A model generated the notes under the pieces. The model saw nothing but the letters and a program-made list of their open reading frames with translations. It was not told the DNA's origin and did not search any database. Shown here piece after piece: positions 14,131 through 18,159 of a DNA stretch of 18,159 nucleotides. The translations under genes were made by a program, and so were the position numbers. The stretch spans positions 1 to 18,159 of the forward strand of contig CAZFVS010000011.1 in NCBI GenBank assembly GCA_964522265.1. The letters run 5' to 3'. Within the stretch, counting starts at the first letter, position 1; every line of letters begins with the position of its first letter. The DNA is from an uncultured Gammaproteobacteria bacterium. Its GTDB lineage: Bacteria; Patescibacteriota; Microgenomatia; Daviesbacterales; UBA10151.

Positions 14131-15321
14131 ATGAACATATTCGAAACTATCAAATTATCTTTTACAGCAATATTGGCAAACAGACTGCGTTCTTTTTTAA
14201 CCATCCTTGGTATAGTCATCGGCGTAACATCCGTTATTCTGCTAATTTCGCTGGTATCCGGTTTAAAAAGCTATATTACTACCCAAATTCAGGGTTTAGG
14301 GTCAAATTTAATATTCGTAATCCCGGGCAGAATCGGCGGAGCCAGATCCCCGGGAGGAATTCAAGCCAACCGCTTGACGCTCCAGGATGCAACTAACCTA
14401 AAAAATAAGCTTGCCGGAGAAGCTGAAGTCTCTGCTGTAGTACAAAGAAACTCCACATTAAAATATGCCAACAAAACAGACAAAGGCACTGCGGTTTTCG
14501 GGGTACAGGCTAATTACCCAAAATTAATATCAATTAAAATACTGGAAGGACGCTTTTTCAGCATTTCAGAAGACAGCGCAGGAAGGAAAGTAGCGGTAAT
14601 TGGAATATCCGTGCAAAATACTTTATTCCCGGGCCAGGGTATTATGGGGAAAAAAATTGATATTGCAGGAAGCAAATATGAAGTTGTCGGACTGTTTGAC
14701 AAAAGAGGCTCAATTTTTGGAATTGACCAGGATAATTCGGTCTTTATCCCATTATCCGGCGCCCAAAAGCAATTTGGCATAGACAAATTAAACACTATAT
14801 ATATTAGCGCTGCTAAATCGGACAGTGTTAAGACAGTCCAGCAAAAGGCTGCAACTATCTTAAAAAGGCGGCTTTCCGAAGATGAATTTACAATCCAAAC
14901 GCAGGAACAAACCCTTTCAACTATTTCCCAAATCACAGGGGTACTCACCCTGGCCTTAGGAGGTATTGCAGCAATCTCCCTTATTGTAGGCGGTATCGGG
15001 ATTATGAATATCATGTTGGTCTCGGTCACGGAACGAACCAGGGAAATAGGTTTGAGAAAGGCTTTGGGCGCCAGAAACATTGATATAAGAAACCAGTTTT
15101 TAATAGAAGCCCTGACTTTATCCGGTTTGGGCGGGTTTATAGGAATTTTCCTGGGGATTTTACTTTCAGTTATTATAGGGAAATTTATTACTACCACAAT
15201 TCCACTTTGGTCAGTTGCGCTATCATTCGGGTTTTCAATACTGGTGGGAATATTTTTTGGTGTTACCCCTGCAATCCGCGCCGCCCGCCTTGACCCCATC
15301 CAGGCGCTAAAATATGAGTAG
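14131..15321 (+). CDS. MacB-type ABC transporter permease (MacB periplasmic core domain + FtsX domain)
   Basis: 396-aa ORF. The N-terminal helix is LRSFLTILGIVIGVTSVILLISL. A soluble domain of about 220 aa follows, then three C-terminal helices with ERTREIGLRKALGA and P(A)IRAARLDPIQALKYE, the typical FtsX/MacB ending. Confidence 0.9.
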   Translation: MNIFETIKLSFTAILANRLRSFLTILGIVIGVTSVILLISLVSGLKSYITTQIQGLGSNLIFVIPGRIGGARSPGGIQANRLTLQDATNLKNKLAGEAEVSAVVQRNSTLKYANKTDKGTAVFGVQANYPKLISIKILEGRFFSISEDSAGRKVAVIGISVQNTLFPGQGIMGKKIDIAGSKYEVVGLFDKRGSIFGIDQDNSVFIPLSGAQKQFGIDKLNTIYISAAKSDSVKTVQQKAATILKRRLSEDEFTIQTQEQTLSTISQITGVLTLALGGIAAISLIVGGIGIMNIMLVSVTERTREIGLRKALGARNIDIRNQFLIEALTLSGLGGFIGIFLGILLSVIIGKFITTTIPLWSVALSFGFSILVGIFFGVTPAIRAARLDPIQALKYE

Positions 15322-15336
15322 CGTACTATTTTTTTT
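15317..15336 (+). terminator. Weak candidate intrinsic terminator after the permease gene
   Basis: AGTA-gcg-TACT forms a 4-bp stem and is followed 1 nt later by a T8 run (15329-15336). The stem is very short, so this is marginal. Confidence 0.2.
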
Positions 15337-15388
15337 ACTCTGGGTACAATGAGTGCTATAGCTATGTTATGTTATTTGATCCCAAAAT

Positions 15389-15397
15389 TGATATAAT
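15389..15397 (+). promoter_or_regulatory. Extended -10 element TGaTATAAT, 6 nt upstream of the prfB ATG
   Basis: Read directly: TG at 15389-15390, TATAAT at 15392-15397, ATG at 15404. There is no purine-rich SD in the 6-nt gap (tctcac). The geometry would place the transcription start at or next to the A of the start codon. Confidence 0.35.
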
Positions 15398-15403
15398 TCT
15401 CAC

Positions 15404-16480
15404 ATGGATGAGATTAAAAATCATTTGCAGGATCAAGAAGCACGGCTTGTGAAGATTCTACAACAAATTGATGAGGGTGCCCTGAAAAGAAGAATCGAAA
15501 AACAAAAAGACCTAACTATGAAGGAAGGATTTTGGAGTGACCCACAAAAAGCTCAATCCGTTGGAAGAAAGCTTAGTGATGATCAAAAACTTCTTGAAAC
15601 CTTAATTAATACTGAGCACCGAATAAACAATGCTTTAGAAGTATGTCAAGAAAAAGCCCTGGAAGATGATCTTAAAAAAGAAATTGTTGAGATTGAAAAA
15701 CAATTATCAGAAGTTGAATTAAAACTTTTTTTATCAGGTCCTCATGATAACTCCGAAGCAATTATATCGGTTCATTCCGGCACAGGTGGAACCGAAGCAA
15801 TGGATTGGGCAGCTATGCTTTCGAGAATGTACCAAAGGTTTTTTGATAAAAAGGGTTGGGAATATGAGATTACAGATGAAAGTTTGGGGGAAGAAGCCGG
15901 GATCAAACAGATGTCCATGATTGTACATGAGCCCTACTCTTACGGTCTTTTAAAAAATGAAAAAGGTACACACCGCTTGGTCAGACAATCCCCTTTTAAT
16001 GCTGACCATTTACGCCAGACATCTTTTGCTTTAGTGGAAGTCTTACCGGTCATTGAAAACCAAGAAGAAGTACAGATTAATGAAGCTGACATAGAATTTG
16101 AAGCTTTCCGTTCAGGAGGAGCAGGCGGGCAAAATGTCAATAAAGTAAATACTGCTGTCAGGTTGAAACATATCCCGACAGGTATTGTTGTCACAGCCCA
16201 AACAGAAAGATCGCAGCTGCAAAACAGGGAGAATGCCATGAAAATTTTAACGGCAAAGCTTTGGGACAAACAACAGCTGGAGCAAAAGCAGGCAGAAAAG
16301 GAGATGAGGGGTACAACAACCCAGGCTTCATGGGGAACCCAAATCCGCTCGTACGTACTTCACCCCTATAAAATGGTCAAGGATTTAAGGACAGGGGAAG
16401 AGACATCAGATGCCGAGGGGGTTTTAGATGGAAATTTAGATGAATTTATAGAAGCAGAGATCAGAACTCTAAGCTTATAG
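15404..16480 (+). CDS. prfB: Peptide chain release factor 2, encoded in a single frame
   Basis: 358-aa ORF with GGQ ([18 protein letters not shown]) and the RF2-specific SPF tripeptide (RQSPFNA). [16 protein letters not shown] and [12 protein letters not shown] parallel E. coli RF2. Confidence 0.92.
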   Translation: MDEIKNHLQDQEARLVKILQQIDEGALKRRIEKQKDLTMKEGFWSDPQKAQSVGRKLSDDQKLLETLINTEHRINNALEVCQEKALEDDLKKEIVEIEKQLSEVELKLFLSGPHDNSEAIISVHSGTGGTEAMDWAAMLSRMYQRFFDKKGWEYEITDESLGEEAGIKQMSMIVHEPYSYGLLKNEKGTHRLVRQSPFNADHLRQTSFALVEVLPVIENQEEVQINEADIEFEAFRSGGAGGQNVNKVNTAVRLKHIPTGIVVTAQTERSQLQNRENAMKILTAKLWDKQQLEQKQAEKEMRGTTTQASWGTQIRSYVLHPYKMVKDLRTGEETSDAEGVLDGNLDEFIEAEIRTLSL

Positions 16481-16516
16481 TTGCTTTTCTTCTCTGTTTA
16501 TATTAAAATTCGCCAC

Positions 16517-17305
16517 ATGGAAAGAAAATTCGGCTCAGCTGAACTGGCTTTGGCTGTAAGCGCTGTGAATGGACTTTTGAAAAGTAATGATTATGATGTA
16601 TCGACTGCCGGGGAAGTTTTGGCTGCTTTAACTGACCCTAATCTGTTAAATGAACTGCAGGGCGTTAACCTACAACAGGCTCAAATAGGGGGTGACCTTG
16701 TACACTACTTAGCACAAAGAGGGATGATTTCCCAGGAAACCGCCAGTAAAACTTTAGAAAAATTCGAACAGGTTGCCGATAAAGCCCGGCAGACAGCAGT
16801 TGTCTTAAGAAAACTGCCCATAGAACAAGTTGGACAATATGCTAAAGCAGAACTATCAACATATATTACACAGGAAGGAAACGACGTTGAGTTACAAACT
16901 CGTTTTAATTCTTTAAGTATCCTGGAAAAAGCAATATACAACTTAGAAACTTTAGATGGTTGGGTGTCAGAAGGAACCTGGTTAAAGGAGTTTCTGGAGA
17001 GACGGCCTGTTGATATACGTCTATTCCATCTAGGTTTCTTTAGCTTCTTTAGCAATGCTAAATTTCTAATATTAGTCAAAATTAATGACTGTGGATGGTA
17101 CCATACTAATTCGACAACATATAGCTCTCTAGGTATCTTAGTTAATAATAATTACTATGGTGATAGAGCAAAGCTAACATCAAACGACTTGGAGATTCTT
17201 TGGGATAGATATAATAAACACAAATTTGTGACAAAACTCGCTTTACTTAATAGGACCAAATTTGCAAAAAAATTAATAAGTTATTTAAAAAATAAATATG
17301 GCTGA
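16517..17305 (+). CDS. Hypothetical protein with no recognisable domain
   Basis: The open frame runs 16481-17305. I prefer the first ATG at 16517 (262 aa, MERKFGSAELALAV...) over the TTG at 16481. The N-terminal two thirds look helical. The 3' end overlaps the next gene start by 8 nt (ATGGCTGA), which supports translation on this strand. Confidence 0.55.
   Translation: MERKFGSAELALAVSAVNGLLKSNDYDVSTAGEVLAALTDPNLLNELQGVNLQQAQIGGDLVHYLAQRGMISQETASKTLEKFEQVADKARQTAVVLRKLPIEQVGQYAKAELSTYITQEGNDVELQTRFNSLSILEKAIYNLETLDGWVSEGTWLKEFLERRPVDIRLFHLGFFSFFSNAKFLILVKINDCGWYHTNSTTYSSLGILVNNNYYGDRAKLTSNDLEILWDRYNKHKFVTKLALLNRTKFAKKLISYLKNKYG
17036..17053. repeat. Perfect tandem duplication of a 9-mer (TTCTTTAGC x2) inside the orphan gene
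   Basis: Read directly: 17036-17044 and 17045-17053 are identical. The repeat is in frame and encodes FFS-FFS within GFFSFFSN. Confidence 0.9.
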
Positions 17306-17723
17306 AAAAGATCCGTTCGCAAGATTTAGGGAACTTGAGGGAAAATTGGATGATTTTTATGAATACGCCATGGGAAAAATTGACCGGGGATACCCACAAA
17401 TTCCCATCTCACAAGATCAAATTCGCATCATCGAACACCTTCAGGCACAACTTATAACCCAAATTCAAAGGGCAGAAACTGCGGAAAGAAAAGTTGCCGA
17501 TCTTCAGGCAGAGTTACTGGAACAACAGTTGCAACAACTTAAAGAAGCAAGGAGTCATCCACTGGAAAATTATCCTGACCAGGGTATCACACTATTACTG
17601 AGAACGCTTCGAAGAAGATTTAGCATCAAATACCACCCTGATAAAATAGGAGCAAATCGTGTGATGGGTCAAATAAACAGAGCCTTGGATTTTCTGGAAG
17701 ATCCCGAACATTCTCATCTTTGA
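17298..17723 (+). CDS. Small coiled-coil protein with a C-terminal J-domain-like segment (HPD motif)
   Basis: 141-aa ORF. The central part is heptad-like and Q/E/L-rich (QAQLITQIQRAETAERKVADLQAELLEQQLQQLKEA). The C-terminus, LLRTLRRRFSIKYHPDKIGANRVMGQINRALDFLEDPE, matches helix II - HPD loop - helix III of DnaJ J-domains. Helix I is poorly defined. Confidence 0.55.
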   Translation: MAEKDPFARFRELEGKLDDFYEYAMGKIDRGYPQIPISQDQIRIIEHLQAQLITQIQRAETAERKVADLQAELLEQQLQQLKEARSHPLENYPDQGITLLLRTLRRRFSIKYHPDKIGANRVMGQINRALDFLEDPEHSHL

Positions 17724-17766
17724 CCTGTTCTTGTAATCGGATATTTTCTTTTATATATTATTATCC

Positions 17767-18159
17767 CTACGGAATATGCCAATACAGTGTGACTGTACCG
17801 TTTTGATGGTCTACCACCACTCCTTTGCCAACGGTCCCTGTTAAATAGCAGGCCTGGCTGTCAGCAAAAGAATAAGATACTCCTTTGTCTGCAGCATAAA
17901 TTGATGTCCCCGCATATTCCACAATATCTAAACCACGATGGCTAGTACCACCACTATTAAAAATATAATAAACTTGTCCAAATCTGGTAGAGATCTGCCC
18001 CGAGGAACAACTTGAACTCTCTGAACAATCTCCCCCGCTGTAGTTGGCAGTCGGTTTGCCTAATCTTCCAGAATCCAGATAGGGCTTTGGGTCAACTTTA
18101 TTATCCTTTCCGTCAATATAATATTTATCATCCGCTCCTTTGGCTACATGCGCCGGGGT
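17767..18159 (-). CDS. M23/LytM-like peptidase-domain protein. This is the C-terminal 130 codons; the N-terminus is off the window.
   Basis: It is absent from the ORF track. I translated the minus strand from 18159 to the TAG at 17769-17767 and found no internal stop. It contains SHRGLDI (HxxxD), GTSIYAADKG and GVVVDHQNGTVTLYWHIP, matching the first two thirds of an M23 domain. The upstream segment TPAHVAKG...VDPKPYL resembles the end of a preceding M23 domain. Confidence 0.55.
   Translation of the reverse strand, partial: TPAHVAKGADDKYYIDGKDNKVDPKPYLDSGRLGKPTANYSGGDCSESSSCSSGQISTRFGQVYYIFNSGGTSHRGLDIVEYAGTSIYAADKGVSYSFADSQACYLTGTVGKGVVVDHQNGTVTLYWHIP

Noticed and set aside
14514-15299. Strikingly long (261 aa) antisense ORF inside the MacB-type permease gene
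   Set aside because: The sense frame has unmistakable MacB/FtsX features over its full length. The antisense product is a P/I/S-rich mirror of hydrophobic codons, with no motif, no start context and no partner genes. Long antisense frames of this phase are a known by-product of codon bias. Only ribosome profiling could revive it.
15404-15500. Programmed +1 frameshift site in prfB
   Set aside because: I looked for an early in-frame TGA preceded by CTT and an SD-like element. The frame is continuous from the first ATG, so no recoding site is present.
15734-16269. Two antisense ORFs (64 and 109 aa) inside prfB
   Set aside because: prfB is unambiguous (GGQ, SPF). The antisense products have no recognisable features.
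16481-16516. TTG-initiated N-terminal extension (MLFFSVYIKIRH) of the orphan protein, starting immediately after the prfB stop
   Set aside because: It relies on a non-ATG start directly abutting the prfB stop codon, while an ATG follows 12 codons later. The longer form cannot be excluded without experimental data.
16705-17079. 124-aa minus-strand ORF opposite the orphan gene
   Set aside because: Neither strand has homology support. The plus frame is more than twice as long, is co-oriented with its neighbours and is start/stop-coupled to the next gene. I therefore kept the plus-strand call, at moderate confidence only.
17724-17766. Intrinsic terminator between the convergent J-domain-like and M23-like genes
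   Set aside because: The only pairing is a 5-bp GGATA/TATCC with a loop of about 16 nt and no proper T-run. That is not convincing.
1-18159. CRISPR array, tRNA/rRNA genes, transposase/integrase, prophage or defence-island hallmarks, and UGA-reassigned genetic code
   Set aside because: - There are no regularly spaced direct repeats.
- Intergenic regions are at most 108 bp, too short for RNA genes.
- No ORF shows DDE, tyrosine- or serine-recombinase, nuclease or NTPase defence-type motifs.
- TGA terminates at least six well-supported genes and RF2 is encoded, so the code is standard.

Overview
This is a gene-dense, AT-rich 18.2-kb window. My hand counts of individual 60-nt blocks give about 27-40% GC. 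I count 22 protein-coding genes. Two are cut by the window edges and so are missing from the supplied ORF track (1-1017 minus, 17767-18159 minus). I saw no rRNA, tRNA, CRISPR array, transposase or integrase.

Layout:
(i) 1-7030 is a cell-envelope glycosylation island. It holds three GT2 polyprenol-phosphate-sugar-synthase-like genes, three polytopic GT-C-like membrane glycosyltransferase genes, a GtrA-like domain fused to one synthase, and a half-size MFS-like protein.
(ii) 7052-10772 holds nucleotide-sugar genes (gmd, rmlD-like, rfbB, short rfbA-like), with no rmlC and no fcl/rmd in the window.
(iii) 10769-12223 holds an 83-aa membrane protein, a membrane-anchored CAP/SCP-domain protein and a 100-aa minimal TsaB.
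(iv) 12263-15321 is a MacAB-type efflux set (HlyD-type adaptor, ABC ATPase, MacB/FtsX permease).
(v) 15404-16480 is prfB (RF2), encoded in one uninterrupted frame.
(vi) 16517-17723 is an orphan 262-aa protein translationally coupled to a coiled-coil protein ending in a J-domain-like KYHPDK motif.
(vii) 17767-18159 is the C-terminal part of an M23/LytM-like protein.

Genome style: genes are short, 4- and 8-nt start/stop overlaps are common, and there are almost no Shine-Dalgarno motifs. Together with the minimal TsaB and the many GT-C proteins, this fits a reduced-genome bacterium such as a CPR/Patescibacteria member; that is inference only. TGA is used repeatedly as a stop and RF2 is present, so the standard bacterial code applies.

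Best candidates for something new:
- the triplicated GT2/GT-C lipid-carrier glycosylation island with its epimerase-less 6-deoxyhexose supply block;
- the G8 homopolymer inside gmd;
- the orphan + J-domain gene pair downstream of prfB.

All functional calls rest on motif recognition by eye. No database search was run.
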